Under the pieces are notes generated by a model. That model ran no database searches. It was not told the DNA's origin and worked only from the letters and a program-made list of their open reading frames with translations. This document shows, in pieces, positions 11,066 through 28,374 of a DNA stretch of 64,000 nt. Origin of the DNA: Escherichia coli (GTDB lineage Bacteria; Pseudomonadota; Gammaproteobacteria; Enterobacterales; Enterobacteriaceae); the NCBI RefSeq assembly GCF_003790525.1, contig NZ_CP033635.1. One strand, 5' to 3'. Position 1 is the first letter of the stretch. Each line of letters opens with the position of its first letter. The position numbers and the translations under genes were made by a program.

Positions 11066-11125
11066 ACTGCCTACGGGCGAAATATAGGCCGGACAAGACG
11101 TTTACGCCGCATCCGGCAGTCGTGC
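11066..11125. repeat. REP palindromic unit
   Basis: ggccggacaagacgtttacgccgcatccggcagtcgtg between mhpT and mhpE. Confidence 0.55.
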
Positions 11126-11165
11126 TGGGATGGGCATACAAAATGCACGTTCTCGGCAGTCATCA

Positions 11166-12175
11166 TTATTTGTTGTTGCGCAGATCCAGCGCCACGTCGA
11201 CGATCATATCCTCCTGGCCGCCAACCATCCGGCGTTTGCCCAACTCAACGAGAATATCCACCGCGCTTAAGCCATAACGCGCCGCCGCCGTTTCACAGTG
11301 ACGCAGGAAGCTGGAGTAAACACCGGCGTATCCCAGCGCCAGCGTTTCGCGATCGACTCGTACCGGACGATCCTGCAACGGACGCACCAGGTCGTCAGCG
11401 GCATCCATTAACGCATAGAGATCGGTCCCATGCTGCCAACCCAGTTTATCCGCGGCGGCAATAAACACTTCCAGCGGCGCGTTACCTGCGCCCGCGCCCA
11501 TTCCCGCGAGACTGGCATCGATTCGGTCGCAGCCCTCTTCCACCGCCGCGATAGAGTTCGCCACGCCAAGACTCAGGTTATGGTGAGCGTGTATGCCGGT
11601 TTGCGTTTCTGGTTTCAGCACTGCTTTCAGGGCGCGGAAACGGTCACGGATATCGCTCATGTTCATCGCACCGCCAGAATCCACCACATAAATACAGGTC
11701 GCACCGTAGCCTTCCATCAGCTTTGCCTGCTTTGCGAGATTCTCCGGCGTGGTCATATGGCTCATCATCAGAAAGCCAACGGTGTCCATTCCGAGCTCGC
11801 GGGCATACTGAATATGCTGGGCGGAAACATCAGCTTCGGTACAGTGCGTAGCCACACGAACCACCCGCGCGCCAGCCTGCCAGGCATTTTTCAGATCGTG
11901 AATAGTGCCGATTCCAGGCAGCAACAACGTCGCGATTTTGGCGTGCTTCACCACATCCGCCGCCGCTTCAATCCATTCAAGGTCGCTATGTGCGCCGAAA
12001 CCATAGTTAAAGCTGGAACCTTGCAAACCGTCGCCGTGGGCCACTTCAATCGAATCCACGCGGGCATCGTCCAGTGCTTTGGCAACCTGGCGAACGTTTT
12101 CCAATGAATACTGATGACGAATGGCGTGCATACCATCACGCAACGTGACGTCCGAGATATAAAGTTTTTTATCGT

Positions 12176-12179
<4 letters not shown>
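11166..12179 (-). CDS. mhpE: 4-hydroxy-2-oxovalerate aldolase
   Basis: 337 aa, DRE_TIM/HMGL-like N-terminus [14 protein letters not shown]; operon position. Confidence 0.9.
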
Positions 12180-13941
<1,762 letters not shown>

Positions 13942-14808
13942 TTAAGGGCGTGCGAGGAAATTCAGCACCAGTTGATTGAAAGCGTCGGCATGTTCCCACT
14001 GCGCCCAGTGACCACAGTCGCGGAAGATATGCAGTTCAGAACCGGCAATGCCGGACAGCAGACGCAGACCCGCATCCATCGGCACAAAGCGGTCGTTGCG
14101 CCCCCAGACAATCAGGGTTTGCGCTTTGATTTCCGCCAGCCGTGGGCCAAAATCCGGGAACTGTTTCGGATTGGCTTCCAGGCTCTTAACGAAGTTTTCC
14201 AGGTGATCGCGGCGCGACAGCATATTATTCAGACGCGCTTCAAACAGGGCGTCGGTCAAATCGCTGGTATCAAAAACGAAGATATCCATCATCAGCTTCA
14301 GGTTTTCGATAGTCGGCTGACGATAAAGCTGATTCAGTCGCTTAATACCTTCGGTTGGCATCGGCGTAAACAAACTCATGCCGCCCGTACCGCCGCCCAT
14401 CAGCACCAGTTTGCCGACGCGCTCCGGCCAGTTAAGGGTGAACGCCACAGAACTATGGCCACCCATCGAGTTGCCCAGCAGGTGGATTTTGGCGATATCC
14501 AGTTGATCCACCACGCTTTTCAGGATTCGTGCATTAAGATCCGATCGCGAACCACTATTAACGATCGAATCGCTCTTGCCCCAACCCGGACAATCCAGCA
14601 GGATCACCCGATAGCCCGCCTCTACCAGCGGATCGATATTGCGGCTGAAGTTCGCCCAGCCAGTAGCACCCGGGCCGGAACCATGCAGCAGGACAACAGT
14701 TTCGTCGCCTTGTCCGCAGTCATTAAAATGGATGCGCAGCGTTTTACCCGCTTCTTCTACATTCAGAAAACGGCTGGTGGCGGCTTCGGTTTGTGGCTGA
14801 TAACTCAT
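13942..14808 (-). CDS. mhpC: 2-hydroxy-6-ketonona-2,4-dienedioate hydrolase (alpha/beta hydrolase)
   Basis: ORF 13942-14871 trimmed to [14 protein letters not shown] start (288 aa); GNSMGG nucleophile motif. Confidence 0.88.
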
Positions 14809-14825
14809 CATCTTCTCCTGCATAT

Positions 14826-15770
14826 TCAGTTCTCTGTTCTGGCGCTTAACGAGCCAAATCCGGCAATCCACTCCGGGATTGGGCGGTAATAACGCCCTTC
14901 GCTACGCCAGTTGCCAAACGCAGAAATAGCGGCAAAAGCGGCGACCCAGGTTTTGATTTCATGTGTCGACTTTCCGGCAATGGCGGAAAGCTCTTCGTTA
15001 CTGACGGCATCCAGTTCCTGTATGCGTCCCTGCTCCAGCAAAGTCATGAACTGGTTATCCCAAATCGGGTTGAGCGGATGCAGCGTTCTCTGATCCTCAA
15101 CAAACTTCTCAGCGGCGCTAATCACCCGTTGCTGACGCAATTCGCGCTCACTGGCGGGTAAATCTTTCCCGCTCCCCAACAGACGGTCGCGCATATGGGC
15201 ATCGGCTTTCGCCAGTTCGGGCACCGGCGGCTGATGGGAAAGCCCACCGGACCCCAGGAACAGCACGCGTTTATTGAGAGTACTGGTGAAACGTCCAATG
15301 GCTTCCCCCAACATGCGGGTACGCTGGAAACCGGGCAGCGGCGTGGCGACACCGTTGATGAACACCGGCAGTACTGGCACCTTATCCAGCCCACCGAGCA
15401 GGAACTCCAGCGGCTGGGCGAACCCGTGGTCCACCTGCATACAGTAAGAAACGGCAAGATCGATCCCGCTCTTCATGACGGCATGCGCACAGGCCTCCGC
15501 CAGCTCCACAGGCACGGGCAGCTCTCCTGCCGCACTGCCGAAATCACCAATTGCCGTCGCTCCAACGCCTAAACAGAACGGTGGCATCACGTCATAGAAA
15601 AAGCCGTTGTAGTGATCTGGCGCAAACAGCACCACCAGTTCAGGGGAGAAAGCCGCAATACGCTCGCGGGCGCTGGCAATCACGCCATTGACCTCATCGA
15701 GTACCTCTTGCGCCGGGTCGACATATCCCACCAGCGGCGAGTGGGAAAGACAGTGAAGATAAGCGTGCAT
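14826..15770 (-). CDS. mhpB: 3-(2,3-dihydroxyphenyl)propionate extradiol dioxygenase
   Basis: 314-aa [22 protein letters not shown]; conserved operon position. Confidence 0.9.
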
Positions 15771-15771
15771 A

Positions 15772-17436
15772 TCAGGCTACCTTTTCGACAGAAACGTCGG
15801 CATCAGGGCGGGTCAGCGTCATCACCGACGCCAGTTTATTCAGGGTCTTGCCCAGGGTTTGCGGAATGGCGGTGGCGGCAACAAAGCGATCCGGGCGCAT
15901 CACCACCAGCGAAGCATTGTGTTGCGCGAACCAGCTACGCAGGCGACCTTGCGTATCGCCCACGCGTAGTACGCCGTCGTGGTTATCCTGTGCGGTATGA
16001 ATTTGCACTTCCGGCACCACCTGAATGAAGCGTGTGCCCAACGCGCGCCACTGCTGGATTTGCTCGTCGCTCATCCCCCACAGTGGATTGCATCCCCAGC
16101 CAATTACCGCGAAGTTCGCGCCGATCGCGTTATCGAGCAGCGTCACGTCGCCGTTTTCCAGCGTGACTTTCGGCTGAATAAACATCTTGCCGACCGGAGA
16201 GTGCTTCGCTTCGCCCTCACGCACCAGCGCACCGCCGTAATATTGCGGCATCGGCTTGAAGCGCATTTCGAGGAAGTAGCGTTTTACTGGCGGCAGATAA
16301 TTCAACAGCCAGGAAACGCCGTCACGTAACGTACCCTGCCAGCGTTTCGGCGGAGCCAGCACGTTGCCCGCCGTCACGGACAGGTCAATCATCGCTTTGG
16401 CGTGATCGCGACGTTCTTGTTGATAGGTATCGAGCAGCGCATCGCGGGCTTTCCCCTGGATAACCAACGCCAGTTTCCATGCGAGGTTAAAGGCGTCGCG
16501 CATACCACTGTTATAGCCCTGCCCCTGCCACACCGGCATGATGTGCGCGGCATCGCCCGCCAGCAGTACGCGATCAATACGAAAACGTTGCGCCAGTCGC
16601 GCGTTGTGGGTGTAGACACGCTGGCGAATCAATTCAACATTGTCCGGATTAGGCAGCACTTTGCTTAACAGCTTGCGCATATTTTGCGGCTCACGCAGCT
16701 GTTCTTCGGTTTCTCCCGGCATCACCATAAATTCAAAGCGACGTACCGCATGAGGCAGCGCGGCAGAAACATACGGGCGCACCGGATCACAACACAAATA
16801 GATATGCGGCGTACTTAACGGATCGTTGGCGATATCTACCACAATCCACTGATTTGGCGCAGTTTTACCTTCAAACGGCACATTCAGGGTGCGACGGACA
16901 AAACTTGCCCCACCATCACAGGCCACCAGCCACTGGGCTTTGACCGTTTCCCGCTGCCCTTCTTCCGTTTTTAGGTGCAAGGTCACTTCGTCATCTTGCT
17001 GGCTGAAGGCCTCCAGCTCGCGGGAAAACAGGCAGCGCACATTCGGAAAACGCGACAATCCTTCCAGCATCACCGCATCGACCTGAGGCTGAATAAAGGC
17101 GTTACGGCGCGGCCAGCCAAATTCATCGGTCATTGGCTGAATATCAGCAAAACAGCGACCTTTTGGGGTGAGAAAACGCATCGCGTGCCACGGCGTAGTG
17201 TGCGGCAGAACATTATCGACCAGGCCAACCGACTGCATGGTGCGCAGCGCCTCGTCATCAATACCAATCGCACGCGGGTAGTCGATCAACTTATCGAGTT
17301 TCTCCACCACCAGCACGTCAATGCCCATCTGGCCGAGATAGTTCGCCATCATCAGCCCGACCGGACCGGCACCAGCGATCGCCACCTGAACGCTATGGTT
17401 AACAGCAGGCTGGATGTCAGGGTGTTGTATTGCCAT
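15772..17436 (-). CDS. mhpA: 3-(3-hydroxyphenyl)propionate hydroxylase (FAD-dependent monooxygenase)
   Basis: 554 aa; N-terminal FAD-binding motif [15 protein letters not shown]. Confidence 0.9.
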   Translation of the reverse strand: MAIQHPDIQPAVNHSVQVAIAGAGPVGLMMANYLGQMGIDVLVVEKLDKLIDYPRAIGIDDEALRTMQSVGLVDNVLPHTTPWHAMRFLTPKGRCFADIQPMTDEFGWPRRNAFIQPQVDAVMLEGLSRFPNVRCLFSRELEAFSQQDDEVTLHLKTEEGQRETVKAQWLVACDGGASFVRRTLNVPFEGKTAPNQWIVVDIANDPLSTPHIYLCCDPVRPYVSAALPHAVRRFEFMVMPGETEEQLREPQNMRKLLSKVLPNPDNVELIRQRVYTHNARLAQRFRIDRVLLAGDAAHIMPVWQGQGYNSGMRDAFNLAWKLALVIQGKARDALLDTYQQERRDHAKAMIDLSVTAGNVLAPPKRWQGTLRDGVSWLLNYLPPVKRYFLEMRFKPMPQYYGGALVREGEAKHSPVGKMFIQPKVTLENGDVTLLDNAIGANFAVIGWGCNPLWGMSDEQIQQWRALGTRFIQVVPEVQIHTAQDNHDGVLRVGDTQGRLRSWFAQHNASLVVMRPDRFVAATAIPQTLGKTLNKLASVMTLTRPDADVSVEKVA

Positions 17437-17577
17437 TTCAGTACCTCACGACTCGGACAAAATGCCGTTGCGCGCACAGTACAGCGCAACTTGTTTTGTT
17501 AAAAACATGTAAATGATTTTTTATTGTGCGCTCAGTATAGGAAGGGTGTTTTCGGCTACAATCAAAACATGCCCGAA

Positions 17578-17594
17578 TGTGCACCAGGTGCACA
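17578..17594. promoter_or_regulatory. 17-bp perfect palindrome, candidate MhpR operator in divergent mhpR/mhpA control region
   Basis: TGTGCACC-A-GGTGCACA between mhpA and mhpR starts. Confidence 0.55.
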
Positions 17595-17626
17595 ACGTTG
17601 TTTTAACTATATAAATGTCAATTAAT

Positions 17627-18460
17627 ATGCAGAACAATGAGCAGACGGAATACAAAACCGTGCGCGGCTTAACCCGCGGTCTAATGTTATTAAATATGTT
17701 AAATAAACTTGACGGCGGTGCCAGCGTCGGGCTGCTGGCGGAACTCAGCGGCCTGCATCGCACCACTGTGCGGCGACTGCTGGAGACGCTGCAGGAAGAG
17801 GGATATGTCCGGCGTAGTCCCTCCGATGATAGTTTCCGTTTGACCATCAAAGTGCGGCAATTAAGCGAAGGATTTCGTGACGAACAGTGGATTTCTGCAC
17901 TGGCTGCCCCACTGCTGGGCGATCTGTTGCGCGAAGTGGTATGGCCGACAGATGTGTCCACGCTGGATGTTGATGCAATGGTGGTACGCGAAACCACCCA
18001 TCGTTTCAGCCGATTATCCTTTCACCGGGCAATGGTCGGGCGACGGTTACCGCTTCTGAAAACCGCCTCGGGCCTGACCTGGCTGGCCTTTTGCCCGGAA
18101 CAAGAACGCAAGGAATTAATCGAGATGTTAGCCTCCCGCCCCGGTGATGACTATCAACTGGCACGAGAACCGTTAAAGCTGGAAGCCATTCTGGCGCGCG
18201 CGCGCAAAGAGGGGTACGGACAGAACTACCGCGGCTGGGATCAGGAGGAGAAGATCGCCTCTATCGCCGTACCGCTGCGCAGTGAACAACGGGTGATTGG
18301 CTGTCTGAATCTGGTGTATATGGCGAGCGCAATGACCATCGAACAGGCAGCGGAAAAGCATCTTCCGGCGCTGCAACGGGTGGCAAAACAGATCGAAGAA
18401 GGGGTTGAATCGCAGGCTATTCTGGTAGCGGGAAGGCGAAGCGGCGTGCATTTACGCTGA
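17627..18460 (+). CDS. mhpR: IclR-family transcriptional activator of mhp operon
   Basis: ORF 17615-18460; start at MQNNEQTEYKTVRGL gives 277 aa; N-terminal wHTH and C-terminal IclR effector domain pattern. Confidence 0.88.
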   Translation: MQNNEQTEYKTVRGLTRGLMLLNMLNKLDGGASVGLLAELSGLHRTTVRRLLETLQEEGYVRRSPSDDSFRLTIKVRQLSEGFRDEQWISALAAPLLGDLLREVVWPTDVSTLDVDAMVVRETTHRFSRLSFHRAMVGRRLPLLKTASGLTWLAFCPEQERKELIEMLASRPGDDYQLAREPLKLEAILARARKEGYGQNYRGWDQEEKIASIAVPLRSEQRVIGCLNLVYMASAMTIEQAAEKHLPALQRVAKQIEEGVESQAILVAGRRSGVHLR

Positions 18461-18536
18461 CACCATCGAATGGCGCAAAACCTTTCGTGGTATGGCATGA
18501 TAGCGCCCGGAAGAGAGTCAATTCAGGGTGGTGAAT

Positions 18537-19619
18537 GTGAAACCAGTAACGCTATACGATGTCGCAGAGTATGCCGGTGTCTCTTATCAGACCGTTTCCC
18601 GCGTGGTGAACCAGGCCAGCCACGTTTCTGCGAAAACGCGGGAAAAAGTGGAAGCGGCGATGGCGGAGCTGAATTACATTCCCAACCGCGTGGCACAACA
18701 ACTGGCAGGCAAACAGTCGTTGCTGATTGGCGTTGCCACCTCCAGTCTGGCCCTGCACGCGCCGTCGCAAATTGTCGCCGCGATTAAATCTCGCGCCGAT
18801 CAACTGGGTGCCAGCGTGGTGGTGTCGATGGTAGAACGAAGCGGCGTCGAAGCCTGTAAAGCGGCGGTACACAATCTCCTCGCGCAACGCGTCAGTGGGC
18901 TGATCATTAACTATCCGCTGGATGACCAGGATGCCATTGCTGTGGAAGCTGCCTGCGCTAATGTTCCGGCTTTATTTCTTGATGTCTCTGACCAGACACC
19001 CATCAACAGTATTATTTTCTCCCATGAAGACGGTACGCGACTGGGCGTGGAGCATCTGGTCGCATTGGGTCACCAGCAAATCGCGCTGTTAGCGGGTCCA
19101 TTAAGTTCTGTCTCGGCACGTCTGCGTCTGGCGGGCTGGCATAAATATCTCACTCGCAATCAAATTCAGCCGATAGCGGAACGGGAAGGCGACTGGAGTG
19201 CCATGTCCGGTTTTCAACAAACCATGCAAATGCTGAATGAGGACATCGTTCCTACTGCGATGCTGGTTGCCAACGATCAGATGGCGCTGGGCGCAATGCG
19301 CGCCATTACCGAGTCCGGGCTGCGCGTTGGTGCGGATGTCTCGGTAGTGGGATACGACGATACCGAAGACAGCTCGTGTTATATCCCGCCGTTAACCACC
19401 ATCAAACAGGATTTTCGCCTGCTGGGGCAAACCAGCGTGGACCGCTTGCTGCAACTCTCTCAGGGCCAGGCGGTGAAGGGCAATCAGCTGTTGCCCGTCT
19501 CACTGGTGAAAAGAAAAACCACCCTTCCGCCCAATACGCAAACCGCCTCTCCCCGCGCGTTGGCAGATTCTTTAATGCAGCTGGCACGACAAGTTTCCCG
19601 ACTGGAAAGCGGGCAGTGA
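18537..19619 (+). CDS. lacI: lactose operon repressor
   Basis: GTG start giving VKPVTLYDVAEYAGVSYQTVSRVVNQ...LESGQ, 360 aa; classic lacI promoter sequence upstream. Confidence 0.95.
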   Translation: MKPVTLYDVAEYAGVSYQTVSRVVNQASHVSAKTREKVEAAMAELNYIPNRVAQQLAGKQSLLIGVATSSLALHAPSQIVAAIKSRADQLGASVVVSMVERSGVEACKAAVHNLLAQRVSGLIINYPLDDQDAIAVEAACANVPALFLDVSDQTPINSIIFSHEDGTRLGVEHLVALGHQQIALLAGPLSSVSARLRLAGWHKYLTRNQIQPIAEREGDWSAMSGFQQTMQMLNEDIVPTAMLVANDQMALGAMRAITESGLRVGADVSVVGYDDTEDSSCYIPPLTTIKQDFRLLGQTSVDRLLQLSQGQAVKGNQLLPVSLVKRKTTLPPNTQTASPRALADSLMQLARQVSRLESGQ

Positions 19620-19632
19620 GCGCAACGCAATT
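19612..19632 (+). promoter_or_regulatory. lac auxiliary operator O3
   Basis: ggcagtgagcgcaacgcaatt at 3' end of lacI. Confidence 0.8.
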
Positions 19633-19634
19633 AA

Positions 19635-19650
19635 TGTGAGTCAGCTCACT
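19635..19650 (+). promoter_or_regulatory. CRP (CAP) binding site of lac promoter, variant half-site
   Basis: tgtgagtcagctcact (the K-12 form I recall has tgtgagttagctcact). Confidence 0.8.
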
Positions 19651-19667
19651 CATTAGGCACCCCAGGC

Positions 19668-19697
19668 TTTACACTCTATGCGTCCGGCTCGTATGTT
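19668..19697 (+). promoter_or_regulatory. lacZYA promoter -35 (TTTACA) and -10 (TATGTT), 18-bp spacer
   Basis: tttacactctatgcgtccggctcgtatgtt. Confidence 0.85.
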
Positions 19698-19703
19698 GTG
19701 TGA

Positions 19704-22816
<3,113 letters not shown>

Positions 22817-22822
22817 TAATAA

Positions 22823-24121
<1,299 letters not shown>

Positions 24122-24127
24122 GCAATC

Positions 24128-24162
24128 AATGTCGGATGCGGCGCGAGCGCCTTATCCGACCA
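24128..24162. repeat. REP palindromic unit in lacY-lacA spacer
   Basis: aatgtcggatgcggcgcgagcgccttatccgacc. Confidence 0.55.
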
Positions 24163-24186
24163 ACATATCAGGACGGAATGATCGCA

Positions 24187-24798
24187 ATGAACATGCCAAT
24201 GACCGAAAGAATAAAAGCAGGCAAGCTATTTACCGATATGTGCGAAGGCTTACCGGAAAAAAGACTTCGTGGGAAAACGTTAATGTATGAGTTTAATCAC
24301 TCGCATCCATCAGAAGTTGAAAAAAGAGAAAGCCTGATTAAAGAAATGTTTGCCACGGTAGGGGAAAACGCCTGGATAGAACCACCCGTCTATTTCTCTT
24401 ACGGTTCCAACATCCATATAGGCCGCAATTTTTATGCAAATTTCAATTTAACCATTGTAGACGACTACACGGTAACGATCGGTGATAACGTATTGATTGC
24501 ACCCAATGTTACTCTTTCCGTTACGGGACACCCTGTACACCATGAATTGAGAAAAAACGGTGAGATGTACTCTTTTCCGATAACGATTGGCAATAACGTC
24601 TGGATCGGAAGTCATGTGGTCATTAATCCAGGCGTCACCATCGGGGATAATTCTGTTATTGGCGCGGGTAGTGTCGTCATAAAAGACATTCCACCAAACG
24701 TCGTGGCTGCTGGCGTTCCTTGCCGGGTTATTCGCGAAATAAACGAGCGGGATAAGCACTATTATTACAAAGATTATAAAGTTGAACCTTCAGTTTAA
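24187..24798 (+). CDS. lacA: galactoside O-acetyltransferase (hexapeptide repeat)
   Basis: ORF 24136-24798 trimmed to MNMPMTERI start (203 aa). Confidence 0.9.
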   Translation: MNMPMTERIKAGKLFTDMCEGLPEKRLRGKTLMYEFNHSHPSEVEKRESLIKEMFATVGENAWIEPPVYFSYGSNIHIGRNFYANFNLTIVDDYTVTIGDNVLIAPNVTLSVTGHPVHHELRKNGEMYSFPITIGNNVWIGSHVVINPGVTIGDNSVIGAGSVVIKDIPPNVVAAGVPCRVIREINERDKHYYYKDYKVEPSV

Positions 24799-24815
24799 AT
24801 AAGCACTGAAATAAA

Positions 24816-24848
24816 TGTCGGATGCGCCATTGGGCACATCCGACAATA
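24816..24848. terminator. hairpin between convergent lacA and cynX, likely bidirectional terminator / REP-like
   Basis: tgtcggatgcgcc-attgg-gcacatccgaca inverted repeat. Confidence 0.4.
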
Positions 24849-24885
24849 ATTCACTCTTCCATTATCTGGCGAAACAAGCATCGCA

Positions 24886-26040
24886 TCATGCCTCTTTGAC
24901 CCACAGCTGCGGAAAACGTGCTGGTGCAAAACGCAGGGTTATGATCATCAGCCCAACGACGCACAGCACATGAAACGCCCAGTCCATCAGGTAATTGCCG
25001 CTGATACTACGCAGCACACCAGAAAACCACGGGGCAAGCCCGGCGATGATAAAACCGATCCCCTGCATAAACGCCACCAGTTTGCCAGCAATAGCGGGTT
25101 GCGCAGAGTGATCGAGCGCCAGCAGCAAACAGAGCGGAAATGCGCCGCCCAGACCTAAACCACACACCATCGCCCAGAAGACCGGCAATTGCAGCGGCAG
25201 CCAGATAAAGCCGCAGAAACCCACCAGTTGTAACGCCAGCGCCAGCATCAAAAGTTTGCGCCGATCCTGATGGCGAGCCATAGCAGGCATCAGCAATGCC
25301 CCCGCAGCTTGCCCAAGCGTCATCAACGCCAGCAAGGAACCGCTGTACTGCGCGCTGGCACCAATCTCAATATAGAAAGCGGGTAACCAGGCAATCAGGC
25401 TGGCGTAACCACCGTTAATCAGACCGAAGTAAACACCCAGCGTCCACGCGCGGGGAGTGAATACCACGCGAACCGGAGTGGTTGTTGTCTTGTGAGAAGA
25501 GGCGACCTCGCGGGCGCTTTGCCACCACCAGGCAAAGAGCGCAACAACGGCAGGCAGCGCCCACCAGGCGAGTGTTTGATACCAGGTTTCGCTATGTTGA
25601 ACTAACCAGGGCGTAATGGCGGCACCAAGTCCACCGCCGCCCATCAGAGCCGCGGACCACAGCCCCATCACCAGTGGCGTACGGTGCTGAAACCGCCGCT
25701 TAATTACCGAAGGCATCACTGCCTGAATGATGCCGATCCCCACTCCACCAAGCAGTGCGCTGCTAAGCAACAGCGCACTTTGGGGGTAAAGCTCACGCAT
25801 CAATGCACCGACGGCAATCAGTAACAAACTGATGGCGACGCTGCGACGTTCGCTGACATGCTGATGAAGCCAGCTTCCGGCCAGCGCCAGCCCGCCCATG
25901 GTAACCACCGGCAGAGCGGTCAACAGGGCAGCCACGCTAAAGCTCATTCCGCTTGCCTGGCGCAATTGCGGTAGCAGTGGCCCGACGGAGGTGAGCAGTG
26001 GTCGCATATTAAGACCAATCAGCACCAGAACCAGCAGCAT
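24886..26040 (-). CDS. cynX: cyanate MFS transporter
   Basis: ORF 24886-26067 trimmed to MLLVLVLIGLNMRP start (384 aa). Confidence 0.85.
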   Translation of the reverse strand: MLLVLVLIGLNMRPLLTSVGPLLPQLRQASGMSFSVAALLTALPVVTMGGLALAGSWLHQHVSERRSVAISLLLIAVGALMRELYPQSALLLSSALLGGVGIGIIQAVMPSVIKRRFQHRTPLVMGLWSAALMGGGGLGAAITPWLVQHSETWYQTLAWWALPAVVALFAWWWQSAREVASSHKTTTTPVRVVFTPRAWTLGVYFGLINGGYASLIAWLPAFYIEIGASAQYSGSLLALMTLGQAAGALLMPAMARHQDRRKLLMLALALQLVGFCGFIWLPLQLPVFWAMVCGLGLGGAFPLCLLLALDHSAQPAIAGKLVAFMQGIGFIIAGLAPWFSGVLRSISGNYLMDWAFHVLCVVGLMIITLRFAPARFPQLWVKEA

Positions 26041-26072
26041 CGTGAACGTCTTTTGATGGTTACGCATGGCTG

Positions 26073-26561
<489 letters not shown>

Positions 26562-26573
26562 TTAAAAATAAGG

Positions 26574-27233
26574 TTACGCTGCGGTCGGTTGGCGTAGCGG
26601 TATGGCACAAACGCGAGGATTAGCGGCCAGTGGCACAAACTGGCGGGTTGCGCCGTCAAAAGCTGCGATGCTGCCGCTTGCAATGTCGTAGACCCAGCCG
26701 TGCAGGGCGATCCGCCCCTCTTCGAGCGCCAGGCGCACCGATGGATGAGTTTGCAAATTAGCCAACTGAGCAATGACGTTTTCACGTACCATCGCCGCAG
26801 CTTTTGACGGTAAATCGGGATGCGGGCGCGCCTCATTAACGACGCGGGCTGAATCGGCATAACGCAGCCAGTGGGAGACGGCAGGCATATGGTCCATGCA
26901 CTGACAGCTGGCAATGGCGGTCATCGCGCCACAGTTGGAATGACCGCAAATCACAATGTCAGATACCCGAAGCGCAGCGACGGCGTACTCCACCGAAGCA
27001 GAAACGCCACCGGGTTCCGGCCCGTAGGAAGGGACGATATTGCCCGCGTTGCGAATAACGAACAGATCGCCAGGCTCACGTTGCGTCACCAGCTCAGGGA
27101 CCAGACGGCTGTCGGAGCAGGAGATAAAAAGTGTGCGCGGGCTTTGCTGTGTCGCCAGCTGTTTAAACAAGGCTTCCCGCTTCGGAAATGCCTCGCGCTG
27201 GAATTTAAGGAATCCATCAATAATCTCTTTCAC
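26574..27233 (-). CDS. cynT: beta-class carbonic anhydrase
   Basis: 219 aa; CSDSR and HSNCGA zinc-ligand motifs. Confidence 0.92.
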   Translation of the reverse strand: MKEIIDGFLKFQREAFPKREALFKQLATQQSPRTLFISCSDSRLVPELVTQREPGDLFVIRNAGNIVPSYGPEPGGVSASVEYAVAALRVSDIVICGHSNCGAMTAIASCQCMDHMPAVSHWLRYADSARVVNEARPHPDLPSKAAAMVRENVIAQLANLQTHPSVRLALEEGRIALHGWVYDIASGSIAAFDGATRQFVPLAANPRVCAIPLRQPTAA

Positions 27234-27342
27234 CGTTAACCTCTGTCTGTCTCTGGAATGAGAGGCAGACTACTCGCCGATTGTCATAAGGTAAAAGTCT
27301 CATTTATGATGAGTTCTATTGGATTTACTTATAGGTTGGCGA

Positions 27343-28242
27343 ATGCTCTCTCGACATATCAATTATTTTCTTGCCGTGGCTGAACATGGCAGCTTTACCC
27401 GTGCCGCCAGTGCGTTGCACGTCTCCCAGCCTGCGCTTTCCCAGCAGATTCGCCAGTTAGAGGAGAGTTTAGGCGTGCCGCTGTTTGACCGTAGCGGGCG
27501 AACGATTCGTCTCACTGATGCGGGAGAAGTCTGGCGACAGTACGCCAGCCGGGCGTTACAGGAACTGGGGGCGGGTAAACGGGCGATTCATGATGTTGCC
27601 GATCTGACGCGAGGATCGCTGCGTATCGCCGTCACTCCCACCTTTACAAGCTACTTTATCGGCCCTTTAATGGCGGATTTCTATGCGCGCTACCCCGGCA
27701 TCACGCTCCAGCTACAGGAAATGTCGCAGGAGAAAATCGAAGATCTGCTTTGTCGCGACGAGCTGGACGTTGGGATTGCCTTCGCGCCTGCGCATTCGCC
27801 GGAGCTGGAGGCAATTCCTTTACTGACAGAAAGTTTAGCGTTAGTCGTGGCGCAACATCATCCGCTGGCTGCCTGTGAACAGGTGGCGTTGAGTCGCTTG
27901 CATGATGAAAAACTGGTCCTGCTCAGCGCGGAATTTGCCACCAGAGAGCAAATTGACCACTACTGCGAGAAAGCGGGGCTACATCCACAGGTGGTCATTG
28001 AGGCGAACTCAATTAGCGCGGTTCTGGAGCTGATTCGCCGCACTTCCCTTTCCACATTGTTGCCAGCAGCGATTGCCACACAACATGACGGGCTTAAAGC
28101 GATTTCTCTTGCCCCACCGTTACTGGAGAGAACGGCGGTTTTGTTGCGGCGGAAAAATAGCTGGCAGACAGCCGCCGCGAAGGCATTTTTACACATGGCG
28201 TTGGATAAATGCGCGGTTGTTGGCGGAAATGAATCGCGGTAA
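27343..28242 (+). CDS. cynR: LysR-family regulator of cyn operon
   Basis: ORF 27319-28242 trimmed to [40 protein letters not shown] (299 aa); divergent from cynT. Confidence 0.88.
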   Translation: MLSRHINYFLAVAEHGSFTRAASALHVSQPALSQQIRQLEESLGVPLFDRSGRTIRLTDAGEVWRQYASRALQELGAGKRAIHDVADLTRGSLRIAVTPTFTSYFIGPLMADFYARYPGITLQLQEMSQEKIEDLLCRDELDVGIAFAPAHSPELEAIPLLTESLALVVAQHHPLAACEQVALSRLHDEKLVLLSAEFATREQIDHYCEKAGLHPQVVIEANSISAVLELIRRTSLSTLLPAAIATQHDGLKAISLAPPLLERTAVLLRRKNSWQTAAAKAFLHMALDKCAVVGGNESR

Positions 28243-28249
28243 CCACTGA

Positions 28250-28342
28250 CACAATTGCCTGATGCGCTACGCTTATCAGGCCTACGAGTTCAGTGCTCTA
28301 CGTAGGCCGGATAAGGCGTTCACGCCGCATCCGGCATAAACT
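28250..28342. repeat. REP/BIME cluster between convergent cynR and codA
   Basis: gcctgatgcgctacgcttatcaggcctac ... gtaggccggataaggcgttcacgccgcatccggc. Confidence 0.6.
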
Positions 28343-28374
28343 ACGCTCGCTTTGTCAACACACAGCCCAGCCGA

